DNA of 30,830 nt. It comes from a virus (taxonomy: Duplodnaviria > Caudoviricetes). Both the position numbers and the translations under genes were made by a program. The stretch covers positions 1 to 30,830 of IMG/VR virus record IMGVR_UViG_3300033407_000087; one strand, written 5' to 3'. This document shows, piece after piece, positions 16,133 through 25,938 of the stretch. How positions within the stretch are numbered: position 1 is the first letter of the stretch; each line of letters begins with the position of its first letter. The notes below the pieces were generated by a model. The model did not search any database and was not told the DNA's origin. It worked only from the letters and a program-made list of their open reading frames with translations.

Positions 16133-17788
16133 TCACACCCCCTTCGCACCGCGCGCGGCCCTGGCGCCCTGTTGCTGGCGACTCCGCTCTTGCTGCAGCT
16201 GGCGAATGTCGTCGATCAGCCCGCGGATCAAATCGCGTGTCGCGTCGCCATGCTCCTGCAACAAGTCGTTCTGCTCGTCGAGCTGCTGTCGCAGGGAGGC
16301 GATCTTGGCTTCGGCCGATTGACCGCCCGTCGCTTCGTTGAGCGCGGCCTGGCTCTGCTGGAAATTTGCCTGGGCCTGCGCGCGGGGATCTTCGCCGGTG
16401 ACTTTGGCCCGCGTCTTCTCGGCCAGTTCGCCCAGCCCGCGGTCCATCTTGGCCAAAAAGACTTCGGCGATGTCCTGCCCCGCTTGGCCTCCGAGTTTTG
16501 AGAGCTGTAGCGCCTGGTTGCGCGATAGCTCGCCGCTATTGGCCGCTTCGAGCAATCGTCGCAACCGGCTCTGCTCGCCCTGGTTGAGCGCCCCAAGCGA
16601 GGCCCGGATCGCACGCGCTTTGTCCTCTTCGGCCTTGAGCGCGTCGCGGGCCTGCGACAGTTCGCGGTCGCGGAGTTTCACCAGCTCGATTTGATCCTTG
16701 ATCTTTTCTTTGGCCGCTGCCGCCTGCTCTTGCTCGATGCCGATCAGCGCCTCGGCGGCGGACTTTTGCTGATCCAACAAACCGATTGCTGCGGCGAGCG
16801 ACTGCTCGGCCAGCTCCGGAGCGCTGGCGCCGGCGGCGTCTTTAGCGGCCTGCGCTGCGAGCGCCTCCGCTTCGGCCCGCGAGAGCAGCATGTTGCGGTA
16901 GGCGGACTCTTTTTCGACCAGCGTGTCAAGGTTGGCGATCCGCTCCAGCTCGCTGTCGAGCGCGATTTGCACCCGTTCGTTGGCGGATGCCAGCGCACCG
17001 GCCGCTTCTTCGACGATTTTTTGGTGCGCCGCCGCCTTGTCGGCCGCTTCTTGTTCGGACTCGGTGAGCTGGTTGTAGATAAACACGAGCCCGCCAGCGA
17101 TCACTGCCAACGCCGCGAGCGCCAGCGCAACCGGACCCATTGCCGCTTGCAAAACCAGGACGGCAGCCGCCAGCCCGCCCGTCGCGGCTGCGGCCACCAC
17201 CGCAGCGCCTGCTTGGAGGAGGTGCCCGGTGGCAAGCGCCTTGGAGATCCCGACCGCACCCCGCAGCACCTGAATCGATCCTTCGACGACCAGGATGTAT
17301 GGCAGGTATTCGGCGAGCGCATTCGACGAGCCGGCCGCGATCAGCGCGATGCCTCTTGCCATTTGCAGCGCGCGGAACGAGGCCTCTTTGAAGTGGTGGG
17401 ATGCCTGGATCGACGCGGCAGCGAGCTTCTCCAGGTCCGCCGCTGCTTGCTGGTTGGCCGTCCCGCTCTTGGCGACGCTGGCCGCTTCGAGCTCGACCGC
17501 GTCGGCCAAGAGTTTAGACTCCTTGGCCTCTTGGCGCTTCCATTGGACGAGCGTCTTTTTCGTTTCGAGGGCCTGCTGCTCCAGCGCCTCGACCGCTTCT
17601 TCGGCCTTGCGTTGCAAGTCGAGGGAGTCGGCCGCCGCTTCGGATGCTGCGGCGCTCTTGGCGAGCGCTTGCTGGAATTGCTGCTGCTGCTGCGTGATGG
17701 CCTGCGTGATCAAACCGCCGGAGAGCGTCGGGGCTTGCACCTCAACCCCGAGTTGGAGCACCCCCTGGCGTATGATCGGTCCGGCCAT
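16133..17788 (-). CDS. Tail tape measure protein
   Basis: 551 aa, Ala/Gln/Glu-rich helical protein with a central hydrophobic stretch, downstream of the G/GT chaperones. Confidence 0.85.
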   Translation of the reverse strand: MAGPIIRQGVLQLGVEVQAPTLSGGLITQAITQQQQQFQQALAKSAAASEAAADSLDLQRKAEEAVEALEQQALETKKTLVQWKRQEAKESKLLADAVELEAASVAKSGTANQQAAADLEKLAAASIQASHHFKEASFRALQMARGIALIAAGSSNALAEYLPYILVVEGSIQVLRGAVGISKALATGHLLQAGAAVVAAAATGGLAAAVLVLQAAMGPVALALAALAVIAGGLVFIYNQLTESEQEAADKAAAHQKIVEEAAGALASANERVQIALDSELERIANLDTLVEKESAYRNMLLSRAEAEALAAQAAKDAAGASAPELAEQSLAAAIGLLDQQKSAAEALIGIEQEQAAAAKEKIKDQIELVKLRDRELSQARDALKAEEDKARAIRASLGALNQGEQSRLRRLLEAANSGELSRNQALQLSKLGGQAGQDIAEVFLAKMDRGLGELAEKTRAKVTGEDPRAQAQANFQQSQAALNEATGGQSAEAKIASLRQQLDEQNDLLQEHGDATRDLIRGLIDDIRQLQQERSRQQQGARAARGAKGV

Positions 17789-17978
17789 CGCAGTCGGTTT
17801 CTCCGCTATTGAGTCGCTCGATCTCGGTTGCGGCGGCGTCGGCCAGTCGCGCCGCCGCTTCCATGTTCTCGACGAAGCCGCGTAGCAGCGTGCCGAACGT
17901 GGCCGGCGGTATCGTCTCCGGATGCACGCGCCGGCCGCTCTCCGCCGTATTACGGAACTGCGCAGCCGCGCGTCTCAA
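17742..17978 (-). CDS. Possible small hypothetical protein
   Basis: Fills the gap between the T frame and TMP. In-frame TTG at 17978 overlaps the upstream TGA. Confidence 0.35.
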   Translation of the reverse strand: MRRAAAQFRNTAESGRRVHPETIPPATFGTLLRGFVENMEAAARLADAAATEIERLNSGETDCDGRTDHTPGGAPTRG

Positions 17979-18367
17979 CTGGCGGACCGGCCCAACAGGG
18001 CCAGCCGTTGCGTCTCGATCCGTTCCCATTGCGCGATGACCTCGGAGATTACCTGAGCGTGATGCTCGACGAGCGAGTCATGGGGAAACCGGCCCACGGC
18101 CCGGCACCGCTCGTAGTGGACCACCGCCTCGTAATTCTCAGGCGTCAGTCCCACGTTGGCAGTCGGGCTCACCTTGGGGCAAGCGGACCCATTGTGCTCG
18201 CCCGGCATCCGACATGGCAAAGTCCTCGGATCGCGGGCTATTCTTTCACCAGTAAACCGGTTTGTATCGATCTGGCCGTCGGCCTTGTAGCGCCACGTCT
18301 GGCACGATTCACACGCCCGCGTGGCGACTTCGGGATGACTCAAGAGGAGCCAGAGCCCGTCTCGGAG
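17975..18367 (-). CDS. Tail assembly chaperone T region, expressed as GT fusion by -1 frameshift
   Basis: The -1 frame is open from the slippery site: KLRDGLWLLLSHPEVATRACESC... Confidence 0.75.
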   Translation of the reverse strand, partial: LRDGLWLLLSHPEVATRACESCQTWRYKADGQIDTNRFTGERIARDPRTLPCRMPGEHNGSACPKVSPTANVGLTPENYEAVVHYERCRAVGRFPHDSLVEHHAQVISEVIAQWERIETQRLALLGRSAS

Positions 18368-18783
18368 TTTTTTTCGTTCTCGGCCTCCGGCGGCTGGGAT
18401 TGATCCGTGTCAGGATCGACGTCGGCCGCTTCGCCGCCCATGACGATGTCGCGGATGCGCCACCACAGCTTCGGCTCGAGTCCTTTGAGCGTGGCGTCGC
18501 TGGCGGCCACCAGCGGCTTGCCGTTCTCGTCGTCGATCGGCTTCCACTCGCCGCTGTCGGTGTCGAGGTAGGTGATCGAGCGGATTCGCTGCGCGACCGC
18601 CGCCATGTACAGCGCGACGTCCTTTTCGGGGTCGGTGATCAGCGACGCCTGCTTGAACAGCGCCGACGACTTGAACGCCGCCATCCGCCGCGCGGTGAAG
18701 CGGACCGGCGGCGATAGATTCGGAATGCCAGCGAGATAAAACGTCCGTTCCTGACCGTCGCCGATGTACGGCTTCAAACCCAT
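18340..18783 (-). CDS. Tail assembly chaperone G
   Basis: Between tail tube and TMP, AGGAG RBS, ends ENEKNSETGSGSS with a slippery heptamer. Confidence 0.8.
   Translation of the reverse strand: MGLKPYIGDGQERTFYLAGIPNLSPPVRFTARRMAAFKSSALFKQASLITDPEKDVALYMAAVAQRIRSITYLDTDSGEWKPIDDENGKPLVAASDATLKGLEPKLWWRIRDIVMGGEAADVDPDTDQSQPPEAENEKNSETGSGSS
18367..18373 (-). other. -1 programmed ribosomal frameshift heptamer A AAA AAC
   Basis: X XXY YYZ pattern in the correct phase near the end of G (GAA AAA AAC). Confidence 0.85.
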
Positions 18784-18791
18784 GATCGCTC

Positions 18792-19694
18792 CTACGTGTT
18801 GACTGGATCATTCGTCCAGCTGATTTCCTTGGTGGTCGTGTTTCCCATGGCCTGCCAGATGAGCGGCATGGGGATTTCGCCCTTGCCTTCGACGACCGGA
18901 GTCTCGATCGGGGCCATGCAGTTGCTGAGCGTGATGACGCCGCCCATGTTGAGATACGCCAGCGTGATCGTGATCGTGGTCGCGGCGATGCCGTAGAGCG
19001 CCGCCCAGTCGGCCGCGCTCGACGTGCTGGTTTCGGTCAGCGTCACCAGTCGCTGTCCTTCGCGGAGGCAGCCCGCGTAGTCCAGCCCCGCGAATTTGTG
19101 CGGCGTGAGCCCGTTGTCGACGAGCAACTCGCCTTCGGTAATCTGGCGGTCGCCGCTGGCAATGTTGAACACGCAGTCCATGAACCCCAGCGGCGTGTAT
19201 TCGATGCCGGTCGGGAAGGCCACGGTCGGCAGCGAGAGACCCGTCTCGATCGCCTCCATGCCCAGGCACTCGAGCGTGAGCGTGAGCTTGTCGGGCGCGA
19301 AGCGGAGCCTCGCCTTGTCGACTTTGCAGTCGTTGTAGCGGACGATCTCTCCGACGCGGTCGGACATGACGTCCCAAGCCGGCAATTCTTCGTCCACGGC
19401 GAACGTGTCGGTCGACTCGTCGGCGCCGAGAATCCGCGGCAGCCAAGCGTCGAAGAACGCGAACGACGGATCGCAGACCAGCGAGCCGGCCACGCCGTAC
19501 GGACCGCGGCGACGGCGGGATGTTTCCATACTGCGCGAGCCGGTGATGCCGTCGGCGATGATCAGCCGCTCGCTCTTGCGGAGCGAGTCGCTGTTGAAAT
19601 CCCACCGCTCGCTGTTGGTGTCGATCGTCCGCGGACTGTCGCCGGCTTCGACGAGCCAACTGGATTGGTAGCCGGAAGAAGTACACTGCGTCAT
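18792..19694 (-). CDS. Major tail tube protein
   Basis: 300 aa upstream of the chaperones, beta-rich, with ITGSRS...GPYGVAGSL and CKVDKARL segments typical of tube proteins. Confidence 0.8.
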   Translation of the reverse strand: MTQCTSSGYQSSWLVEAGDSPRTIDTNSERWDFNSDSLRKSERLIIADGITGSRSMETSRRRRGPYGVAGSLVCDPSFAFFDAWLPRILGADESTDTFAVDEELPAWDVMSDRVGEIVRYNDCKVDKARLRFAPDKLTLTLECLGMEAIETGLSLPTVAFPTGIEYTPLGFMDCVFNIASGDRQITEGELLVDNGLTPHKFAGLDYAGCLREGQRLVTLTETSTSSAADWAALYGIAATTITITLAYLNMGGVITLSNCMAPIETPVVEGKGEIPMPLIWQAMGNTTTKEISWTNDPVNT

Positions 19695-20026
19695 TGATTG
19701 GCCTCGCTTTCAGCCGGGCCAGGATTGTCCAGCTCCGTCGAATCGTCGACCGGTGGCGTGACCGGCGGAACGGAAGGCGTCGGCGGAGCGTCGGCGACCT
19801 TGACGAGATTCCCGAACTCATCGCGGACGCCCGGATCGAACACGCCCTTGTCGGTTTCGAGCGGTGCGTGCCTATGCGATTTGATCCAGCGCAACGCCTG
19901 CACGAGCGCCGTCGGGCCATCTTCGATTGATGCGAAGTTGGCCACGTCGCGGCCGCCCGCGGTGATGACCGCCACGGCGTCGTCGTACTCGATGGTGTAG
20001 CCTTTTTTGACGACCTGCGCCATCAT
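19691..20026 (-). CDS. Hypothetical protein
   Basis: ATGA-coupled on both sides, with a Pro-rich tail. Confidence 0.65.
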   Translation of the reverse strand: MMAQVVKKGYTIEYDDAVAVITAGGRDVANFASIEDGPTALVQALRWIKSHRHAPLETDKGVFDPGVRDEFGNLVKVADAPPTPSVPPVTPPVDDSTELDNPGPAESEANQ

Positions 20027-20526
20027 GCGGCCCTCCCCAGCTTCACGAGGTGCGCCAAAGCGTGGTCCATCGCCCGTCCGCAAAAACGATCAAAATACTG
20101 TGGCGGGACGCCGACGTGCGGCCGGAAAGGCAGCTTGCCACCGCCCGCGAAATCGTTGTGGTATTGCGAGTATTCGACGCTGGTGCCGAACACGCAGTAA
20201 ATATTGTCGCCGATCTGGATCACGTCGCGGACCGCGTCGGCGCTGGGGGATTTGCGCGTGAGACTTCGCATTAGCCGCTGGCGATTCTTCGGATGGCCGC
20301 GGAGCACGACGTCGTGCTCCTTGGCTGCGATCGTTGAGTCGGCATTCTCCGGCCAGCGGTTGCCATCCGGGCCGACCTGGAGTTGGAAGTAGAAATCATG
20401 GGCCGTCGCCAGGTCCGCGAGCTCACCGCGCATGAACGGCACGAACGGCGTACGAACGAAGTCGGCCGCGATGTCGTCGAGAAACGGCTGGATGCCGCGT
20501 TCGCCTCGAATGATCGTCGTCGTCAT
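20023..20526 (-). CDS. Virion morphogenesis / tail completion protein (Mu gpG-like)
   Basis: GPDGNRWPENADSTIAAK...LMRSL...FGTSVEYSQYHN...LPFRPHVG motif series. Start MTTTII overlaps the upstream stop. Confidence 0.8.
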   Translation of the reverse strand: MTTTIIRGERGIQPFLDDIAADFVRTPFVPFMRGELADLATAHDFYFQLQVGPDGNRWPENADSTIAAKEHDVVLRGHPKNRQRLMRSLTRKSPSADAVRDVIQIGDNIYCVFGTSVEYSQYHNDFAGGGKLPFRPHVGVPPQYFDRFCGRAMDHALAHLVKLGRAA

Positions 20527-21005
20527 GTTGGCCGTGCCCGTCGAATGATCCAGCGAACTACCAAGAACGAGGCGTCGAGGTTGTTGTCGATCGCCCCTTC
20601 CATGAACTCGTCGCCCGGCTCGGTCGTGACTCGTCGCACGCAGCCGCCGGTGGGTAGCTGGGCGTCGTGGTGTGTGTTCAAAAACTTGTCTTCGATGCGT
20701 TCGATCGTCGAGAGTCTCCAGCCCAGGTAGCGGCTCGTGACGTCGCGTTCGCTGGCCGCGACCACCGCGACCACAATCCCCAGGTCGAACTCGTCCTGCC
20801 CCATCGGTCCGGCGTTCGGATCGAGCCGCCGTCCGTAGGGCGCCAGCACGATCGCAGGCAGCGACAGGCCTTGAATTCCGACTTCGTCGCGGAGCGCTAC
20901 GAGGTTGACGCCCGCGAGTTTCAGTCCGTCGATCAACTCCTTGCTTTTCTTGAGGCATGAGCCCCAGCGGGATTGTTCCAGTGGAACTTCAAGCTGGTCG
21001 GACAT
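20523..21005 (-). CDS. Putative tail terminator / neck protein
   Basis: 160 aa in the neck cluster. Call based on synteny. Confidence 0.55.
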   Translation of the reverse strand: MSDQLEVPLEQSRWGSCLKKSKELIDGLKLAGVNLVALRDEVGIQGLSLPAIVLAPYGRRLDPNAGPMGQDEFDLGIVVAVVAASERDVTSRYLGWRLSTIERIEDKFLNTHHDAQLPTGGCVRRVTTEPGDEFMEGAIDNNLDASFLVVRWIIRRARPT

Positions 21006-21363
21006 TCTCTCGCGCTTTCGTCACCCGGAAGGCATACACGCCGAACTCGTCTTTCGTAAATTCGTCGATGATCCAACTGCCGTCCTGCAGCACAAACTTG
21101 CCGCGAACTTCCGGCTTGAACGGCAGCAGCTTGCCCGCGCTGTTGGTCGGATGCCACACGACGAGGGCCTCGGAGGTGGCGTTGAACGTGATCGGTCGGC
21201 CGAACATCCGCGAGACAGTCTTGCGGTCACGTTCCATCTTGACCGCGGCGGATTCTGTCTGTTGGTTGCCGGTCCCCGGCGGGTAGTAGTCTCCGTTTTC
21301 GATGAATTGCGGATCGCGGTATTGCCAGTCGCCCAAATACGCAATGGACGGATTGAACGTCAT
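20989..21363 (-). CDS. Putative head closure protein
   Basis: 124 aa in the neck cluster, coupled to its neighbours. Confidence 0.55.
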   Translation of the reverse strand: MTFNPSIAYLGDWQYRDPQFIENGDYYPPGTGNQQTESAAVKMERDRKTVSRMFGRPITFNATSEALVVWHPTNSAGKLLPFKPEVRGKFVLQDGSWIIDEFTKDEFGVYAFRVTKARENVRPA

Positions 21364-21614
21364 GTCACACCGCGGGACTCGCGTAAGTACGGGCCGTTTT
21401 CGGTCAGCTCTTCGAGTTCCTTGATTTGTGCCTTGATCTCACGCAACTCGGACAGCAGTTGCGAGCGTCCGCCCATGCGACCGATCTTGCCGCTGTTGCC
21501 GGCGTCCGGCATCCCGCCAAATGCACTCACCGTCTCCGGCGTTTCGAGAGCCGCTACGAGGTTGTCGCGCCACGTCCGCAGCTCCGCCAAGTGCTCGGCG
21601 TCGCTCTTGGGCAT
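21360..21614 (-). CDS. Putative head-tail adaptor (lambda gpW-like size and pattern)
   Basis: 84 aa, predicted helix-hairpin-helix (LSELREIKAQIKELE). GGAG RBS. Confidence 0.55.
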   Translation of the reverse strand: MPKSDAEHLAELRTWRDNLVAALETPETVSAFGGMPDAGNSGKIGRMGGRSQLLSELREIKAQIKELEELTENGPYLRESRGVT

Positions 21615-21617
21615 GGC

Positions 21618-21932
21618 TCACTCTCCGAATAATTCAATGCCCTCGGGCAGATTGGTATGATCGAGGTCAGTCGGCTTGACGATGGCCGATTCGGCGTGTG
21701 CGGTGATTCCGCAAACCGCCTTGTACTTTGCGAGAGCCTGGGATTCGCTCGCCGCATGGACGAACTTCATCCCTAGCAGACAGCGCGGAATTTGAACGCT
21801 CCACACGCGATTCTCAGGCGTCACGATGCCGACGCTCGACAGCTCCGCAGCCGGCTTCGGCTGGTTTGTCGCCTGGGCCTCGTCGGATGCAGGCTTCTCT
21901 GCCGGCTTCGGCTGGTTTGTGCTCTTGGCCAT
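21618..21932 (-). CDS. Hypothetical protein after the capsid gene
   Basis: 104 aa. Duplicated TNQPKPA arises from a 20-bp direct repeat at 21850-21869 and 21901-21920. Confidence 0.7.
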   Translation of the reverse strand: MAKSTNQPKPAEKPASDEAQATNQPKPAAELSSVGIVTPENRVWSVQIPRCLLGMKFVHAASESQALAKYKAVCGITAHAESAIVKPTDLDHTNLPEGIELFGE

Positions 21933-22002
21933 CGTTTGGACTCGGCAAAAAGTGATTTAAGGCTGCGGAATCGACTTCGGCTCAGCGTTTATTTCGCTGC
22001 GT

Positions 22003-23310
22003 TTACGTGGACGCGATGTTGCGAACGATGTAGCGCGGTTCTTCGATGGCGCCTGCCCCGCGGTAGTTGCCGAAGTAGGCCGCGATCAGACCGCGGTCGA
22101 GCATCACGAACTCATTCGGCGAGGCTTGACGCACGCGGAGCGGCCAGGCTTCCATCCATTTGAAGCACCGCTTCGGTTGGCCGATGAACCAGTATTCGGT
22201 TGCGTCGGCCTTCGATTCGCTCAGTCCGCTGATAATCAGGTTGCGGAGAATCGTGCTTTGCAGCGTCTTGTACGTCGCCGCCACGGCCGGGGGCGGCGTC
22301 GAAAGCGACTGGTGCGTCGCCGGGTCGCCGGCCCGATGCTGCGTCGAGTTGAGGATGAAGTGCCACTGGTTGGCACGCCTCGGCATGTGGACGATCGTGT
22401 CCGGCGCGACGATGATTTCGCGTCCCGTTTCCGGATCGGTCATGTCCTCAAACAACCCGAGCGCCAGATCGATGTCGGTGTAGTCGACTGCCACGTTCGT
22501 GTGCGTGTTGATCCAGGGCGTCGACGCCTGGTAGGTGTCGTAGGCGACGCCGCCGTAGTTGTAAGAATTAGTCGCACCGCAGAACAAAGAGAGCTGCGTC
22601 TTCTCTTTGCCGTAGCTGAGGATGTCGCCGACGTCGCCAGCCCGCTTGAGGACTTCGTTCGTGAGGTCGTAGAACACCGCTTCTTGCGTGACTTCGCAAG
22701 CCAGCGCCTTCTCGGTCAGCTCGGGCGTTTGGACCCAACGCTCTTTGATCTGAGCCCGCGGATGCGGCATGCCGGGCTGGCGAGTGCCGTCGCCGTCGGT
22801 CGAGTCGAAACCGGCCGTACCGATGATCTTCTCGCCGTTCTTGTTGGTCGGGATCGTCTCGAACAAATCGTCGCCGATGTGGGCGTTGTTCTGGAAACTC
22901 TCCAGAATCCGCGCCTCGATCAATCCGCCCACCGCGGCGGTAAACGTATTGATGTTCAGGAACGCAGTCGGGTCGACGCCGGGGCCGGCTTCGAGCAGGT
23001 CGATGCTGTCGCTTCGACCGTCGCCGCCGGGGCGGAACTGCTCGACGAAATCCCGTCCGCCGATCGCCTCGGCCAGTTCCTTCAGACTGAAATTGCGAGG
23101 GCTGATCCGATTATTCGCCAGTACCTTGCGGCCGCTCTCGTCGAACGACTCGACCAGCTCGTCGCTGTCCTTGTCGTGGACGCGCAGGCCGATCGCCTCG
23201 TGTAATTCCTCGACCCAACGGCGACGACCGGCGGCTTCCGTTTGGCCGTTGGCCTGGGCCTCCGCAATGCGGCCCTCAAGCGTTTCGCGGAGTTGGCGAA
23301 AGGTATACAT
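22003..23310 (-). CDS. Major capsid protein
   Basis: Start MYTFRQ at 23310 with AGGA RBS, 435 aa, follows protease and decoration genes, contains a PDTIVHMP-type motif. Confidence 0.88.
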   Translation of the reverse strand: MYTFRQLRETLEGRIAEAQANGQTEAAGRRRWVEELHEAIGLRVHDKDSDELVESFDESGRKVLANNRISPRNFSLKELAEAIGGRDFVEQFRPGGDGRSDSIDLLEAGPGVDPTAFLNINTFTAAVGGLIEARILESFQNNAHIGDDLFETIPTNKNGEKIIGTAGFDSTDGDGTRQPGMPHPRAQIKERWVQTPELTEKALACEVTQEAVFYDLTNEVLKRAGDVGDILSYGKEKTQLSLFCGATNSYNYGGVAYDTYQASTPWINTHTNVAVDYTDIDLALGLFEDMTDPETGREIIVAPDTIVHMPRRANQWHFILNSTQHRAGDPATHQSLSTPPPAVAATYKTLQSTILRNLIISGLSESKADATEYWFIGQPKRCFKWMEAWPLRVRQASPNEFVMLDRGLIAAYFGNYRGAGAIEEPRYIVRNIAST

Positions 23311-23369
23311 GGCGAGTTTCCTGTGCGAGTCGTGATCAGTTGGGAGGGAACGGCCTCGGGATGTTTCGA

Positions 23370-24161
23370 TTACGTCACGAAGACGTGCTGCATGACGGTC
23401 CAGTTGGTGCCGTCGCAATGGGCAAAGCAGGTTTCGCTGGTGGCGATCGTGGCCACCGCGCCGCCCGCATCGGTGCGGAGGTTGATGGTTTCTCCGCCGG
23501 TGTTCTTGATCAGCAAGACTTCGTTGACCATGTCGGCTTCCGGCGGCAGGTCGAGGTTCTCGGTGGTGCCCGATTCGGCGTCTGCCAAAATCCAATTGCC
23601 ATAGAGGAACACGCCCGTCGGCGTGCCGGGAACTTTCGTCAAGACGACCGCAGCGTCGCCCATCGCAATCGTCTGCGGAATGAGCTTGAAGCCGGCTTGC
23701 GGTGCGCTCGCGCGGGTGTACGGCGTAAGTGGCAGCGCCCAGACTTTCGTCGTGCTCGCCCGGTTCTCGACCACGGCCGCGATCGCCGCCGACGGGTCGG
23801 TCGTCTTGACGAGCAATTGGTCTTCCAGGGCCGTGCCGCTGGACGCCTCGTCGACCGCCAGTAATTCGCCTTCGATGTAGGAGGCGCTGGCGACGTTGAA
23901 CTCGACCTGCGAACCGACGATGATCGGAATCGCGCCGGTGCCGGCGTCGCTGGACAGCTTTTGGCCATTCGAGACGCCGAAGAATTTATCGGCGAACACT
24001 CGCTGATTGAGGATTTCCGAGCCGGCGTCGGCCTGGCTCGATGCGGGCCGCACAGTGCCGCTCTGGTTGTAGAGCAGATCGCCCGGATAGACGGCCACGC
24101 TGGCCGCCGTGGGCATGTAGATCAACAGGTCGCCGTGCGGTCGGGTGCGAGGGGCTGCCAT
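23370..24161 (-). CDS. Putative capsid decoration / cement protein
   Basis: Between protease and capsid. AVYPGDLL...FFGVS N-terminal pattern plus an extra C-terminal domain. Confidence 0.65.
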   Translation of the reverse strand: MAAPRTRPHGDLLIYMPTAASVAVYPGDLLYNQSGTVRPASSQADAGSEILNQRVFADKFFGVSNGQKLSSDAGTGAIPIIVGSQVEFNVASASYIEGELLAVDEASSGTALEDQLLVKTTDPSAAIAAVVENRASTTKVWALPLTPYTRASAPQAGFKLIPQTIAMGDAAVVLTKVPGTPTGVFLYGNWILADAESGTTENLDLPPEADMVNEVLLIKNTGGETINLRTDAGGAVATIATSETCFAHCDGTNWTVMQHVFVT

Positions 24162-24229
24162 GATCGTGCTTCCTGAAAAACGGTGAGTGAGCGGCTGACG
24201 TGTAAACGGTGAGTGTCGGCAGGCGGCGA

Positions 24230-25435
24230 CTAACGACGAGCGTGGATCAGCCGCGGGACTTTCTTAGCCGGGCCCATGCCGCCGGCCTGGGCAGCCGGGC
24301 GCTGGGCGCCGCGAACTGCCGGCGGCCAGCTCTCGACTAGCTTCTTCATCGCCTCTTCGTTCTCGGACTCCAAGAGCGACTTGAACCGCTCCGCGCCGAT
24401 GGCGACCGGCGTCGTGTTGAACGTTTCGAGCAGCTTGCGGACGGCCGAATCCTTATTCAGTGACGCCAGCTCGGTGGCCTGGGAGGCAACTTGCTCGGTG
24501 AGCGGTTTGAGTCCCGCGGCGACCGCGGCCTCGACGCTCTCCTCGAACTTCTTTTTCTTTTTAGGATCGTCGAACATGCCTTCGTCCTCATCGTCGAGTG
24601 GCGGTTTGTCGCCGGGTGGTTTGTTGTCGGGATCATCCTCACCGGCTTCCTCGCCGGGCGCGGTGCCAATCGCCTTGGAGATAATTCGCACCACGTCTTG
24701 CGCGGTGAGCGTGCCGGCGTCGACGATCGCCTTGAGCGTCGACATCAGCCCGGCTAGCAGCTGCTGATCGCCTTGTTGGCCCAGCATCCCCGGCTGCGCG
24801 CCCGGTGGCGGCTGCATGGGGGCCTGCCCCATCTGCGGCGCGGCGGCAGCGAAGCCCTCGAGGATGGCCGCCAGCGGTGACTTGCTGTCTTTGTTCGTTT
24901 CGAGCAGTTCGGCGAGCGTGACGCACTCGTGCTCAAACAGGCCGCTGGTCGTGGCTGGGTCGGCCACCAGGTCGACCGATTGGACGCGGCCAATCGATTC
25001 GACCACGACCTCGTTGCCGCGCTTGGCTGTCTTGCCTTGGACGTTGTGCGAGAGCCCGACGTTGCCCGGCGCGTTCTCGGCGTCCCAGGCGAGTTGCTCG
25101 GCAATGGGGTGCTTGGGGTTGTAGTGCAGGTCGCCGTAGAGCCCGTCGCCCTTGCGGTGCTGGACGTTGTGGACGGCGCCAAGTCGATCCTGATAGTCGC
25201 GCGGCGTAAATGCGCTGCCCTTCGGGTGGTTCGTGTTGACCTTCGCGCCTTCGTATTTGCCGACGGCTTCGGCCAGGGCGTTCTCGCTATAACGGCGGCC
25301 GTTGCGGCTGCTGAGGCCCAGCAATTTGACGCCGCGGATGACGCCTTTTTCCCGGTCAACCGTCACCGGCCCTTCCATCAAGGTCGATTCGGTGAACGAT
25401 TCGCCGGAGCGTGTGAGGTGCTCAAGTAACCACAT
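24230..25435 (-). CDS. Prohead protease / scaffold fusion
   Basis: SRNGRRYS...NTNHP...VGLSHN...SVDLVADPAT (His/Ser/Asp motifs), then an acidic coiled scaffold-like C-terminus. Confidence 0.85.
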   Translation of the reverse strand: MWLLEHLTRSGESFTESTLMEGPVTVDREKGVIRGVKLLGLSSRNGRRYSENALAEAVGKYEGAKVNTNHPKGSAFTPRDYQDRLGAVHNVQHRKGDGLYGDLHYNPKHPIAEQLAWDAENAPGNVGLSHNVQGKTAKRGNEVVVESIGRVQSVDLVADPATTSGLFEHECVTLAELLETNKDSKSPLAAILEGFAAAAPQMGQAPMQPPPGAQPGMLGQQGDQQLLAGLMSTLKAIVDAGTLTAQDVVRIISKAIGTAPGEEAGEDDPDNKPPGDKPPLDDEDEGMFDDPKKKKKFEESVEAAVAAGLKPLTEQVASQATELASLNKDSAVRKLLETFNTTPVAIGAERFKSLLESENEEAMKKLVESWPPAVRGAQRPAAQAGGMGPAKKVPRLIHARR

Positions 25436-25441
25436 GCCACC

Positions 25442-25496
25442 AGCGTAGAGAAGCGGCGGCGGAGGCTGCTACGGGCGAATACTATCTTGTAGTAAT
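25442..25496 (-). promoter_or_regulatory. Putative activator-dependent late promoter for the protease/capsid genes
   Basis: -10 TACGCT (25447-25442) six nt before ATG 25435, no good -35, and dyad TACTA-TCTTG-TAGTA at 25480-25494. Confidence 0.45.
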
Positions 25497-25524
25497 GCCG
25501 TTGGGGATTTGTTAGGCTGATGGC

Positions 25525-25935
25525 ATGGGCAAACCTCCGCTATTCACTGGAGCTGCCGGCGATTTCGACTGTAGTAATCCCGACAACTGGGAGGATGGCC
25601 GAAAACCATCCGACGGCGACACGATAATCCATCTCTTGTCGCCAGCACCGAAGCTAGGGTATTTCGGTACGCACGAAGTTGTCGGCGAGTGCGACATCCG
25701 CAAGAGCCTCGAAGACGAGCTGCGCGATAATCCGTTCCCGGTAGTTGGCAGCCGCGAACAGAGCCAGCCGCAGCGTGCCACAACGTACGTCGAAGGCGTG
25801 TTCATCACAGACGACATAGAAGTTCGCGTGAAGGACAAATCAAATAAACTGACCAAAGGCGACTGGGAGCAATTCAAGAGACTGGCCCAAGAGCTACAGA
25901 AGAGAACGGTGGCGTTTCCACCGAAACCAGAGTGA
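25525..25935 (+). CDS. Moron, hypothetical protein
   Basis: TGnTAGGCT extended -10 six nt before the ATG. Antisense to the head operon. Confidence 0.7.
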   Translation: MGKPPLFTGAAGDFDCSNPDNWEDGRKPSDGDTIIHLLSPAPKLGYFGTHEVVGECDIRKSLEDELRDNPFPVVGSREQSQPQRATTYVEGVFITDDIEVRVKDKSNKLTKGDWEQFKRLAQELQKRTVAFPPKPE

Positions 25936-25938
25936 GCC

